Of a stretch of DNA of 64,000 nt, positions 1 to 10,978 are shown one piece after another. The notes below the pieces were generated by a model, which worked only from the letters and a program-made list of their open reading frames with translations, was not told the DNA's origin and ran no database searches. The DNA lies in assembly GCA_023205875.1 (NCBI GenBank), contig CP060773.1, forward strand, positions 248,001 to 312,000. The letters run 5' to 3'. The position numbers and the translations under genes were made by a program. Each line of letters opens with the position of its first letter. Position 1 is the first letter of the stretch. This DNA is from Chloropicon primus. Taxonomy: Eukaryota.

Positions 1-55
1 AAGTGAGAGGATCCAGGAGGAGCATTAGCATCACCATCACATCCGTGGAGCAACG

Positions 56-2206
56 ATGAGGACGGCAAAGCACGCTTGGGTCTGGAACAAGAAATTCGGA
101 GTCCAAAGGACCGAACTGGTGCGTCAGCAGCAAACACCAGCCACTTGTCAACTTGGGATGAGTCAGCGGTTGGGTCCTCTGTCAAGGAGTTCTGGGTCAT
201 GTGGCAGGAGGAAGAGGAGGACGGGGTTCGTCAGTGCGGTTTACAAGGCAGAAGCTCCCGTGGAGGAAGCGGGAGGAACTGGTTTTGTCGAGAATCTCGA
301 CGTCGAGTTGATCGCGGACCTCGGTGTCAAGGACGACTCGGACACGGGAGCGTTGCTGAAGAGGCTGATCGAGCTGGGCAGCTCCTCGCCCGAGTTCGTC
401 CTCCCCCAGCACGAGCTCACCGAGGAGAAGAGGGTGCCTGGCTGCGCTTCGAGGGTTTGGATCGACTGCGAGGTCCGCGAGGAGGATTCGCTCGTGCACT
501 TTCGAGGGTACAGCGACAGCGCCATCTCCAAGGGCATGTGCAACTTGCTGTGCAGAAACTTTTCTGGAAAGTTGACGCCGGAGTCCTTCCTCTCGATCGA
601 CGAGTCCTTCTTGAAGGAGGTGACGAGGGGCTTGGGCCCCGTGCTGAGCAGCAGCCACCGCAGGCATGGCCTCTTCTCCATATTCGATTCCATGAGGAAG
701 AGGGTTCACCAGCTGGTTTCCGGTGGAATCGACGAGCCCTTTCCGTCGCTGGTGATCACGAAGGAGGACCTGATCCCGCAGGGAAAGTACGCCGAGTCGC
801 AGGCGACTTACCTCAAGCCCGACCAGTCCAAGGTGGACGACCTCGTCCGCTCGCTGAAGGAGACCAAGTGCGGAGTCGTTGCTCACTTTTACATGGACCC
901 CGAAGTTCAGGGCGTCTTGGCGGCAGCCCAAAAGGATTGGCCGCACATTCATATCAGTGACTCCCTCGTGATGGCAGACAGAGCCGTGGACATGGCGGCC
1001 GAGGGAGGCTGTGAGAACATTTGCGTTCTTGGAGTGGACTTCATGTCCGAGAACGTCAGAGCAACGCTGGACCACCAAGGGTACAACGACGTCAACGTCT
1101 ACAGAATGGACGTGGACCTCATCGGCTGCACTCTTGCGGAAGCAGCCGAGTCCGAGAGGTACGAGAGGTACCTGGAGGAAGCTGCCCGCGCCACGGAGAA
1201 CGCCTTGCATGTCGTCTACATCAACACGAGCCTGAAGACCAAAGCGGTGGCGCAGTCAAAAGTTCCGACGATCACTTGCACGTCCTCCAACGTCGTTCAA
1301 ACGATCTTGCAGTCTTCGAGCCAGCTCGACGGGGACCTGAGCGTCTTCTATGGGCCCGATGCTTACATGGGCGCGAACATCAAGGAGATGCTGGAGCAGT
1401 TGTGCGGAACGAGTGACGAGGAGGTGAGAAAAATTCACAAGGACCACGACATCTCGTCCATCAAGAACCTCCTGAGCAGGTTCAGGTACTACCAGGACGG
1501 CATCTGCCTCGTCCACGACATGTTTGGATCGGAGGTGGCGCAGACCATAAGAGAGAGCTACGCGGACGCGTTCTGCACCGCTCACTTTGAGGTCCCGGGC
1601 GAGATGTTCAAGCTCGCCTTGCACGCGAGCCACAACGGCGACAGGGGCGTGATCGGTTCCACCAAGAACATTCTTGATTTCATTCTGGGCAAGGTGGCCG
1701 AGGCGAACGAGCACAACCTCGAGAGCGAGAGGCTGCAATTCATCCTCGGAACGGAATCTGGCATGATCACCAGTGTCGTGAACGCGGTGCAGGAGTCTCT
1801 GAGAGAGGCAGGCAGCAACGTCGAGGTAGAAATCGTTTTCCCGGTGAACTCCAGTGCGATCACTTCCGCGTCCCAGGCGAATGCGCCGGCCATGCCCTTT
1901 GGTTTGGACATTGTCCCTGGCCCTGCGGGGGGCGAAGGGTGCAGCATGGAAGGCGGCTGCGCCAGCTGCCCTTACATGAAGATCAACTCCCTGGACGCCC
2001 TCATGTTCGTGCTCAGCAAGCTCGAGGAGGACGACTCCGACCCGATTCTGCAAGATTACGCGCCCAGGAACTACGAGGAGAGCATCGATGGCAAATCCTT
2101 TGCCCAAGTCGGCACCGTCCCGATCCTTCACATGAGGCACTTCACGCAACACAAGTGCATGTCGGACGACCTCGTCGCCGACATCAAAGCAAGAGGTCTG
2201 CAGTAA
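56..2206 (+). CDS. nadA: Quinolinate synthase with N-terminal SufE domain (plant/algal QS, SufE3 type), probably plastid-targeted; alternative start at ATG 158
   Basis: SufE motif RVPGCASRVW...GYSDSAISKG, followed by NadA motifs VVAHFYMDPEVQG, GVDFMSEN, GCTLA, VYINTS, CTSSN, GICLVH, AHFEVP, GTESGM and CASCPYMK. Confidence 0.97.
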   Translation: MRTAKHAWVWNKKFGVQRTELVRQQQTPATCQLGMSQRLGPLSRSSGSCGRRKRRTGFVSAVYKAEAPVEEAGGTGFVENLDVELIADLGVKDDSDTGALLKRLIELGSSSPEFVLPQHELTEEKRVPGCASRVWIDCEVREEDSLVHFRGYSDSAISKGMCNLLCRNFSGKLTPESFLSIDESFLKEVTRGLGPVLSSSHRRHGLFSIFDSMRKRVHQLVSGGIDEPFPSLVITKEDLIPQGKYAESQATYLKPDQSKVDDLVRSLKETKCGVVAHFYMDPEVQGVLAAAQKDWPHIHISDSLVMADRAVDMAAEGGCENICVLGVDFMSENVRATLDHQGYNDVNVYRMDVDLIGCTLAEAAESERYERYLEEAARATENALHVVYINTSLKTKAVAQSKVPTITCTSSNVVQTILQSSSQLDGDLSVFYGPDAYMGANIKEMLEQLCGTSDEEVRKIHKDHDISSIKNLLSRFRYYQDGICLVHDMFGSEVAQTIRESYADAFCTAHFEVPGEMFKLALHASHNGDRGVIGSTKNILDFILGKVAEANEHNLESERLQFILGTESGMITSVVNAVQESLREAGSNVEVEIVFPVNSSAITSASQANAPAMPFGLDIVPGPAGGEGCSMEGGCASCPYMKINSLDALMFVLSKLEEDDSDPILQDYAPRNYEESIDGKSFAQVGTVPILHMRHFTQHKCMSDDLVADIKARGLQ

Positions 2207-2533
2207 GCCAAGAAGCAGGCCCGTGTGCATGTGCAAGTACGTACGTTTCTAAAACGCATGCCACTGTGCCACCAATACGACCGCGGCAGGGTGAAGAGAG
2301 AAAAACCAACTTGGTTTTACTTTAATCGACACTTAAAGGTGAAAACCCTCCTCATTTTCGTCAAGTGAGGGCTCTGTGGAAACATCACGAGAGGTGACAT
2401 CCACCCATCCCCCTCTTTCCCTCCTCCCCTTGCCTCCGTCATCACCATCGCCATCGCCATCACCATCGCCATGATCACGATCGCCGTCGCTCCTCTCGAG
2501 CAGTTACGAATTGCTCACCCCAAAACCTAAAGG

Positions 2534-2567
<34 letters not shown>

Positions 2568-2809
2568 AAGAGCGGAGGATTGCGGCGGGAAGCGAAGCGA
2601 GGAGAGGCGAGGAGACAACGCAACCGTGTAACGCGACTCGAGACCTTTCCATCGGTACCAACCTTTGCTAGGTTCGAACCTTCCGAGGGCGACGATTTGA
2701 CGATTGCAGCAGCAGCAGCAGCAGCAGCAGGACTTGGAGAGAGGGAAGCCAACGAAGCTTCGCTTTGTGGTTTTGGGTTTCGTGAGACGAGTGGAAGGGT
2801 TTTACCGTC

Positions 2810-3576
2810 ATGGACTTGAAGGGTCAGAAGTTGTGCGACGCTTTGTCGGTCTACCTTCTCTGCGCGGTTGCGCTTGGCTCTTTCCTTTACGGGATCTACA
2901 CCCAGAGTGTCAAGTAAGTGAAACGAAGAAGAGTCTGTCATCCTGTTTGTCGAAGAGGGAACCGAGCGTTACTTGGCTGCTTCCCTTTCGATTGTGCGTC
3001 CCAATCCATCGTGGACTGCTCCACTCAGCTGGGCCAACACCGGGCGGTGGCGCTTGAGTCAAGCCAAGGTTGTTGTTTCCTCTGACCCTCTGACCCACCT
3101 GAAAGGTTTCGGGCAACTCTTCACTCGGGCGGTGGGTTTTTCTCTTCTTCTCGCTGTTGCTCAACTCGTACTGACGGTGCGTGTGTGTGCGTGCGTGTGT
3201 GCTCCTTGCTTTTCCCTCTCTCGCAACTGCTTCCTGTCTGGTCACAGGAACTTGTTCTGCGCGTACGCTGCGGGAGTGGGTGTTACTGTTCTGGTAAGCG
3301 CATAACGTGCGAGTCGATGCAAAATCACCTTAAAGGGCTCCCGCTGTATTGCTTTGAGCGTGATATCATTCCTGGGTTTGCTCTGGCGTGCTTCCCCCTG
3401 CGTGGTTCTTCGACTCGACCTCTTTGCCGTGTGGCTGACACGGCGTTTCCCCCTTCTTCCTCTTGCGCTCACCGGGTGAATTCCTTGCTGGAAAACCAAA
3501 AAAGGTTGGCGTGCCAGACTGGCCCTTTTATAACAGGAAGCCACTCAAGTGGCTCGATCCTCAGAAGAACGATTGA
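2810..3576 (+). CDS. SPCS1: Signal peptidase complex subunit 1 (SPC12); exons 2810-2913, 3248-3293, 3505-3576
   Basis: Spliced by hand across GTAAG..AG introns with matching phases: MDLKGQKLCDALSVYLLCAVALGSFLYGIYTQSVKNLFCAYAAGVGVTVLVGVPDWPFYNRKPLKWLDPQKND*. It has the MDxxGQ start, two TM helices and the VPxWPxxNRxPLKW motif. Confidence 0.93.
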
Positions 3577-4215
3577 AACGGTTCTCTCCCCTTCTCTGTA
3601 CAACACCACCAGAATGCGTTGCTCCCTCCCCCCCGGGAACGAAACGAACGAAGAGTGAGTTGCTCTCTTGGCCTTCTCTTTCTGTATAACATATAATAAA
3701 GAATGGAAATCACTCTTGTGATTTAACCTACACCACCGGAATCACTGTCGAGCAGGGAACGACAAGCACTTGCCTTTTCATCACCACCACCACCACCTGA
3801 AACTGCACAGATCATCTCCAATGGATGAGACTGGGAGACACAGAGAGAGAAAGAGAAAGCGGAGGACAATGCCTCTCTCTTCCTCACCATCGTCCGTCAC
3901 CATCATCCGTCATCACCCTCACCATCCATCGCCATCGCCATCATCTTCTCCCTGTCAAAGATTTTGTGAACCCCAAAAAATCTTGGAAAGCAGAGGATGG
4001 TGTGGCACTGGTGAGGGTTGTGCCAGTACTGGACGAAAGCAGAGACGTGTGAAGAGGAAGACGGCGATACGGAGCGATTCTACAACTCACGATCTTTCCA
4101 CTGGTATCTCACTTGACCCAATTAACTTTGTGGTTCTTGTGCCACAAGCAAAAGTTTGGGTTGGACAAGGCAAAGTGTGTTGGTGGTGGTACCCCGGTGA
4201 CACAAGCGGAGCACC

Positions 4216-6079
4216 ATGGCGACGGCGATGGCGGGGAAGGGGGAGAAAGATGAATCTTTGGCCAAGTTCGAAGCTTTTCTTCAAGTGGCAACGGATGAGA
4301 TGCCGATGCAAGAGCTGAAAGATCAGGTCAAGCAGGGACTGACCCGAAGATATGAGAAGCCACCAGTGGAAGTGATTGAACAAGTTCTGAGGAAGAGGAT
4401 GGATGAGGATGCGGCCAGAAGGGTCTTGTTCTATCCCGATGATGAAGATGCAAGCTTGTACCCCTTGCTTCTGCAGAATCCACCGCCAGGGGCACCGGTG
4501 GACCACCACTGCATCAAGTCCCAGATCATATTCTTGGGACCGCTCTACCTGGCTCACCGAAGGCAGTGGAGCTTCAATCGGTGTTTCATCCTTGCTGGAG
4601 GCCTGAAAGCATTGGTCAACATGTTCCTTCACGACAACTTGCATCTCAGGGGCCAGGCCATTGAGGTTTTCAGAGATTACACCAGCGAGGAGACCTTCCC
4701 ATGGCACGATTATCACAAGCTTCAAGCTCAACAAGGTAATGCATTACCTGCGGCAGACAATCCAATCCAATGGGGCACAACACAAGCGACCAGCGAGACT
4801 CACTACAAGCACATCGCACCACGGTGCTCTCTCTCTCTCTCTCTCTGTGTGTGTGTCTGTGTCTGTGTCTTGCATTATCATCATCGCAGGCGGTGCGAAG
4901 ACGGAGCAGGCCAACGTCGTCCGGAGGATGTTCGAGCTGAGTGAAGCTGGGATCATCCAAAAGCTTGTTGCCAATTACGACAATGCTTTTCCTGGAGCTT
5001 CTCACCTTTGTCTCGGAGTTCTAGCGTTCTACAGCTCCTTCCTTCGAGTGAACTTCTGCAAGGACAACATCCTGCAGTTCTCTCAGAACTTGCTGGACAA
5101 GTTGCGAGCGTGGAGCACGAGGACCGATGCGTCTCAAGAGGAGCGTGATCTTGCCAAGAGGCTGCACGAGGACTTTGGTCGCTTCGATGCTGCGAAACTC
5201 CCAGAGCAAGCCAAGGCATCGTCCAGGCCTGGCCAAGAGGAGGAGGACTTCATGCTGTATGAAGTGAAGGAAGGCTTCGACAGGACGAGCGTGAATCATG
5301 TGGGCGAGGCCGGGGGCCAGCAAGAGCAATGGAAGGCCAAGGGGAATGCCGCCTACAAGGCCAAGGATTACAACCTAGCGGTGGACTGTTACAGCAAAGC
5401 TTTGGATGTTCCCGTCACCGAAGAGCAGTTACTGACGGAGGGGCCGAGGAGAGCCGTTTTGCACAGCAATAGGGCAGCCGCGTACCTGGCCAGGTCCAAG
5501 GTGGAGACCGGGGCGACGACCACGGCGGTGGACGACGATGCCGGGCAACTGGCTGGATGTGACTTGGTCGGCTTGAGCATCGAGGAGAGGAAGAAGATGA
5601 ACTGCAAGGCGGCTCTGTTGGACTGCGACCAGGCCTTGGACCTTCAGAGCGGCAACGTGAAGGCGAGGTACAGGAAGGCTCAGGCCTTGAAAGGCTTGGG
5701 AAGGATGCGGGAGGCCCTCGATGCGGCGAGGTCTGCTCTGAACGTGGCGCCCAAGGCTCTGGAGAGGGAGATCAGGGCCTTCCTCGAGTCGGTGTCTGGA
5801 ACCAAGTCCGCGAGCGAGGCGGCGAGCGAGGTGGCGAGCGAGGTGGCGAGCAAGGCGTCTCTCTCTGAGACGAAGACGGAAGCCGCTTCATGGGAGCAAG
5901 GTGGCCTCCTGGACTCCATCGTGATGGGGGGAAGCGAGGGAGCGACCCCAAGGTGGCCCTCAAACATCGATGATGCGGCCGTCGGTGACCAGTCCAAGGC
6001 CAAGAAGCCTCTGATCCAAGTCATCAGCGAAGTCAACTACGACGACGACAGCAGCAGCAACAACAACAACAACAGCTGA
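4216..6079 (+). CDS. TPR-repeat protein (co-chaperone-like); exons 4216-4735, 4890-6079
   Basis: Two overlapping ORFs are joined in phase by a GTAAT..CGCAG intron. TPR motifs: WKAKGNAAYKAKDYNLAVDCYSKAL, LHSNRAAAYL, KARYRKAQAL. Confidence 0.85.
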
Positions 6080-6330
6080 AGAACGAACGAACGAACGAAC
6101 GAACGAACGAATGAATGAAGAAGACAAAGTCGTACTGTAACTTGTAACTTATCCCAAGCCGTTGTCCTCTTGTCATGACCAGATCCACCTCCCCAACCAA
6201 AGCAAAGCATCAAGGCAAGCATGACGGAGGACAAAGATTGTGCCATAGGTAAAGGAAAGACGATCAAACGTCAAACCCTCCTTCCTAAAGTCACAACACT
6301 CAAGCCACCACCACCATCATCATCCCATCC

Positions 6331-6495
6331 TCCTCTCTCTAGGGAACGAAACCGGGCAAGTGACAGCTCATTGGAAAGAGCAAGAGACAATTTACCCATA
6401 TATCCATTCATCCATTCATCCATTCATCCTCCCTTCCCTCCGTGACTCCTCATCCTCCCTCCCCCTGGCCTCTCTCACCCATCATCATCATCATC
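6331..6495 (+). repeat. Dispersed ~165-bp repeat, copy A
   Basis: Core ctctctagggaacgaaaccgg(g/a)caagtgacagctcattggaaagagcaagagacaat...ccctccgtgactcctcatcc matches two inverted copies at about 10831-11120. Confidence 0.9.
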
Positions 6496-7091
6496 TCTTG
6501 GCCCCTCGCATCTCCGAAAAGCTCTCTAACGTCCGCAGAAACAAAAACGAATTGTGTGGCTGCGAAGCAAGGTGAGTTATCGGACGAAACAGGGCGTCGA
6601 GAAAGGACGAAGTGGCGACGGAGGTGGTGGTGGTGATCTTCGTCTCGTCTTGCTCTTTCGTTTGAGTGGTCGCTCGAAAGAAATGGAAAAGGGGCGAGGA
6701 TTTTAGAACAAGGAGAAGGAAAGAGATGCCCTCGGGGATGCATGGGGACGGGTGTTTCCAGTGGAGATAGACGACGGGAGGAGAGAGGGAGGGGATGGAG
6801 GGAGGAGATCGAAACCGTTATGTCCTCCTCTTTTGAAAGAGCCCCCGCACGAAGCGGTTGACGCGGTACGGAGAGACTGAGATGAGATTGATTTCCTTTT
6901 TTTTTTTTTTGCTCGGTAGCCCAGGAGGTGGCAGACAGCACCGAAGAAGGGTGGAGGGCCTCAGAAGCGTAACGGCCGGTGGAGTAACCGCCTGCAAGCG
7001 ACCGAGAGGGGCACCGAACAGAGGAAGGCCCGCAGATACACACACGGAAAGAGGGGGGGCTTGAGTAAAGAAGAAGAAGAAGAAGAAGAAG

Positions 7092-7154
7092 ATGTTGTCC
7101 AAGGCGACGTGGACGTGGAACAAGAAGTACGGCGTGCAGGCCAAAAGCGCGTAG
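7092..7154 (+). promoter_or_regulatory. Peptide-coding uORF in the nadB leader (MLSKATWTWNKKYGVQAKSA*)
   Basis: ATG at 7092 to TAG at 7152-7154. It ends about 110 nt before the nadB ATG and is out of frame with it. The peptide matches the nadA N-terminus at 8 of 10 positions over WxWNKK[FY]GVQ. Confidence 0.75.
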
Positions 7155-7263
7155 ATACTTTGGGGAGAGACGGGAGAGTTTGTCAATTTTTGACTCTTCG
7201 GACACGGCATTCATTGGGAAACGAACTTGAAAGGGGCAAGGCAAGACAGTGAGGCGTCGAGGT

Positions 7264-9237
7264 ATGACGTGTTGCCGCCTATCGACGCGGTGGGTGAGAA
7301 GGTCCGCGGTGCGCGCCAAGGCCGCCGCGGAGACGAACTCCAGCGCGAATGGGAGGTTCAAGACCCCCGCCGGCAATGAAAAGGCCCAAGCCCTCAGAGG
7401 ACCGAAGAGGAGGTCGCTCAGTGCATCGTACAGAATGAGCAGCGAGGGGGGGAACCACCAAATGGCCAGCAAAGCCAACGACGAGGGAACTCTCATGGTG
7501 AAGCCAAAGGCGTGCTCCCTCCTGATCCTTGGCTCGGGCGTCGCAGGCTTGACGGCAGCCCTGGAGGCGGCTGACCTCGACTGCAGTGTCGTCGTCGTGA
7601 CGAAGAGCGATGTGTACGAGGGGTCCACCAAGTACGCCCAAGGAGGGGTGGCCGCGGTGATGGACACCAAGAAGACGAAGAGCGGCGTCATCGCCGAGAT
7701 CCAGAAGCTGGAGAGGGACAAGGAGGGGGACTCGGTCAGCCACCACGTGGAGGACACGATGAACGCTGGGTGCTACTTGAACGACAGGGAAGCCGTCGAA
7801 ATCATGTGCAGGGAAGGGCCGTCTCAGGTCAAGATGCTTTGCAAGATCGGCGTCCCCTTCACGACCAAGGGGTCCAGGACCCAGGTGTCGTCAAGCAGGC
7901 CCAAAGACTTGCACCTCGGCAAGGAGGGCGGCCACTCCCACTCGAGGGTGGTCCACGCTGCAGACACGACTGGGGCCGCCATGATGAAGGCCCTGGTGGT
8001 GAGGGTGAGAGAGCATCCAAACATAACGGTCCACGAGAACATGTTTGCGCTGGATTTGATCACCGTGCCCTCGGAGGATGGCGCGATCTGCTGTGGGTGC
8101 GACACCATCGATTTGAGAACGGGCGCCTACAGGAGGTTTGTCAGCAAGTGCACGGTTGTCGCCACTGGTGGCTGTGGCCAAATTTATCCCGAGACCACGA
8201 ATCCGTCCGTGGCAACCGGAGACGGCATTGCGATGGCCGCGAGGGCAGGGGCGGAGGTGAACAACATGGAGTTCATACAGTTCCACCCCACATCCCTCTA
8301 CGTCGGAAATCAGGAGCAGGGCGAGGAGGCCCTGAACAGCGTTTTCTTGATCAGCGAGGCTGTGAGGGGCGCGGGAGCAATCCTGAGGAACGCCAAGGGC
8401 GAAAGCTTCATGTCGAAGTACGACGTCAGGGCAGATCTCGCTCCAAGGGACATCGTCGCTCGAGGCATTTATGACCAGATGAGGCTGCACGACACCAGCC
8501 ACGTGTACCTTGACGCGACTTGCCTCTCGAGGGAAGAAGCGAGGAAGGAGTTTCCGAACATCTCAAACCACGTCGAGTCGACTTTGGGCATCGACATGAG
8601 CGAGGATTGGATTCCAGTCGTGCCAGCGCAGCACTACGCTTGCGGGGGCATCTTGACAAGCATCGATGGCGAGACCAACGTGAAGGGCCTCTACGCGATT
8701 GGGGAAGCCGCCTGCACGGGAGTCCATGGGGCGAACCGACTGGCCAGCAACTCCTTGCTCGAGGGCCTCGTTTTCGGCAAGAGGTCCGTTATGAAATCGA
8801 TGGAGTACATGCAGTCCGTCCCCCAGGTGGCTCTCTCGGACGCAGAGCATGCTAAGCTGAGCTCCCTTCGATTCTTTCACGACGCGGACATCTCAAAGGA
8901 AGGCCCGCTGTGTTATCTCGACGACGATGCCACCTTTTCTCTGATGTCCGCCATCCAAGAGATCATGTGGGAGCACGCCGGCATCCTAAGGAACGACAAC
9001 GACTTGAGCCGAGGCTTGGAGAAGGTCAAAGTGTTCAAGAGCTGCCTGGAGGGCTTCAAGGGTTGCAGCAGCATGCAGCACGCTCAGCTGATCAATATGG
9101 CGACCGTGGCACAGCTGGTCCTCGAGGGGGCCGTGCGAAGGAAGAGGTCGGCTGGGTTGCACCACAACGTCGACAGACCGGAGAAGGCTTTGGCCGAGGC
9201 CAGGTCGCAGCTGGACGTCCCATCTCTCGAAGAGTGA
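7264..9237 (+). CDS. nadB: L-aspartate oxidase with N-terminal transit-peptide-like extension
   Basis: FAD motif GSGVAGL, plus STKYAQGG, EGGHSHSRVVHAADTTG, ATGDG, MEFIQFHPT, LISEAVRG, LAPRDIVAR, PAQHYACGG and GVHGANRLASNSLLE. The first ATG is at 7264; the ORF track starts at GTG 7249. Confidence 0.97.
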   Translation: MTCCRLSTRWVRRSAVRAKAAAETNSSANGRFKTPAGNEKAQALRGPKRRSLSASYRMSSEGGNHQMASKANDEGTLMVKPKACSLLILGSGVAGLTAALEAADLDCSVVVVTKSDVYEGSTKYAQGGVAAVMDTKKTKSGVIAEIQKLERDKEGDSVSHHVEDTMNAGCYLNDREAVEIMCREGPSQVKMLCKIGVPFTTKGSRTQVSSSRPKDLHLGKEGGHSHSRVVHAADTTGAAMMKALVVRVREHPNITVHENMFALDLITVPSEDGAICCGCDTIDLRTGAYRRFVSKCTVVATGGCGQIYPETTNPSVATGDGIAMAARAGAEVNNMEFIQFHPTSLYVGNQEQGEEALNSVFLISEAVRGAGAILRNAKGESFMSKYDVRADLAPRDIVARGIYDQMRLHDTSHVYLDATCLSREEARKEFPNISNHVESTLGIDMSEDWIPVVPAQHYACGGILTSIDGETNVKGLYAIGEAACTGVHGANRLASNSLLEGLVFGKRSVMKSMEYMQSVPQVALSDAEHAKLSSLRFFHDADISKEGPLCYLDDDATFSLMSAIQEIMWEHAGILRNDNDLSRGLEKVKVFKSCLEGFKGCSSMQHAQLINMATVAQLVLEGAVRRKRSAGLHHNVDRPEKALAEARSQLDVPSLEE

Positions 9238-9412
9238 GCGAGCGAGAGAGGGGGAGCAAGAAGAAGAAGAAGAAGAAGAAATAATCCATTTTGTTTTGTT
9301 TTCAGTTTGAATGGATAGAGTTTGCTTTTCGGAAAGCGCAACCTTTGCGTTCTTGATATTCGTGAAGCTTCAATTTTTGCATGAAAGAAAGTTTGTAGAG
9401 CGTCCAACTTTT

Positions 9413-10361
9413 TTAATCGTCCTTGATATCGTCGACACCGAGGGCCTTTCTCGCGGCCTTTCTCTTCCTCGCCTCGTTCAACTTCTTGGTCTTGGAAAAC
9501 GCAGACTTGCCCACGACGATCGTGCCAATGACGACAGCAAAGGCGGCGAACCTCACCCAGTCGCCCAATGTCTTGCAGAAGCCGAAGCTGGCATACTTTC
9601 CAAAGGCCAACAAGTTCTTGGTGTTCGCCTGAGTGGAGGTCATCACGTTGAAACCGTCCACCGAACCGATCACGGACGTCTTCTTGCCTCCAGATTTGTC
9701 CTCGGTGTAAGTCACGACGCTCGAAGGCAGAAGCAGTGGTCCTGCAGCCAGGGGGACGATCACCTGCTTGAACGTGACGTAGTCGCCCGCCTCGATCTTG
9801 TCGAAGTGGTTCTTGAAGCTTCCCTCCTTCAACTTGAAAGACTTGCCGTCCTCCTTCTCGATCGCATCATCAAAGAAGTCCACGTTGTACGCATCCCTTC
9901 GTCATTCATTCAAGAGCACACAAAACAATTCGTCAGCAGCCGCAAACGAAAGGGACAGTACCCCAACCAACCGAGCCGAGCCGGACATCAACACCACACC
10001 GTTCTCCCTTTGGAGGACACCAAGCCGAGAGATGATGATTGGATTCATGATTGATGATGATGATGATGAACCAAGGCACCTTCCAGCCCAAACGATTGAG
10101 GAGAGATGGATCAAGCAAAAGGGAAAGGGTAAAAAGGAAAAAGTTTTCGAGGACTTACCCATCACCCATGTTGTGGATTTCCACGGTGAATTCCATGTCC
10201 TTTCCCACCGTCCCTTCGAAGACGTCAAAGTCCTTGTGAACGTGGACGAAAGCTCCCTTGACTTTCTCTTGGGCATCCGCGGTGACGCATCCCGCCAAGC
10301 ACACCGCCGCCACCACCGCAACCAAAACAACCTTCTGCTCATTCGCCATTCCATTCGCCAT
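9413..10361 (-). CDS. SSR2: Translocon-associated protein beta (TRAP-beta); exons 10361-10159, 9896-9413
   Basis: Signal peptide, then AFVHVHK...FTVEIHNMGDG|DAYNVDFFD across an in-phase GTAAGT..AG intron, a beta-rich lumenal domain, and a C-terminal TM helix with a basic tail. Confidence 0.85.
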
Positions 10362-10830
10362 GGTTTGGTCATCAACAAAACGAGGAGGAGAGAGAAAGAG
10401 GAATTCAAACAAAAAAAAAGAAGAAGGAGATGCCTGTCAGTTCACTCCTCCTCCTCGGCGTCGTCCTCACCGTCGAGCCATTCGACACCTCGCTCTCTCG
10501 CCATGGCACGGCACGGCATGGCATGGTATGATCCCTGGGTCGAACGATCGAGGAGAGGAAAATGTTTTCCCGTGACTGTTTTCTCCAGATGTCGGGGTCT
10601 TTCGAAAGGTCAAAGAATGACAGATCGTTTCGTGCTGCTTCTCTCTTTCCAGGAGTCGTCGCTGGGATGCCTTACCTCTTGTACTCTCTTCATCGTATTG
10701 CGCCGTCTCCACGATACGCCGTCGGCCTCCTCTGATTTGAAAATCCATCAATCCATCAATCGCTGTCGAAAATCTTTTCTTTCCAGGAGGGAAGATGAAG
10801 GTGAAGGGAGGCCAGGGGAGGGAGGGTGAC

Positions 10831-10945
10831 GAGGGTGGATGAGGAGTCACGGAGGGAAGGGAGGATGGATGAATGGATGGATGGGTACATTGTCTCTTGC
10901 TCTTTCCAATGAGCTGTCACTTGTCCGGTTTCGTTCCCTAGAGAG

Positions 10946-10978
<33 letters not shown>

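Noticed and set aside
7140..7263. Intron fusing the nadB uORF in frame to nadB
   Set aside because: The GT donor after the motif (7151) is phase 2, while the nearby AG acceptors in the open frame need phase 0 or 1. RNA data are needed to exclude this fully.
2810..10361. SPCS1 and TRAP-beta as an ER-translocon gene cluster
   Set aside because: Only two genes, on opposite strands, with no shared element seen. This is compatible with chance.
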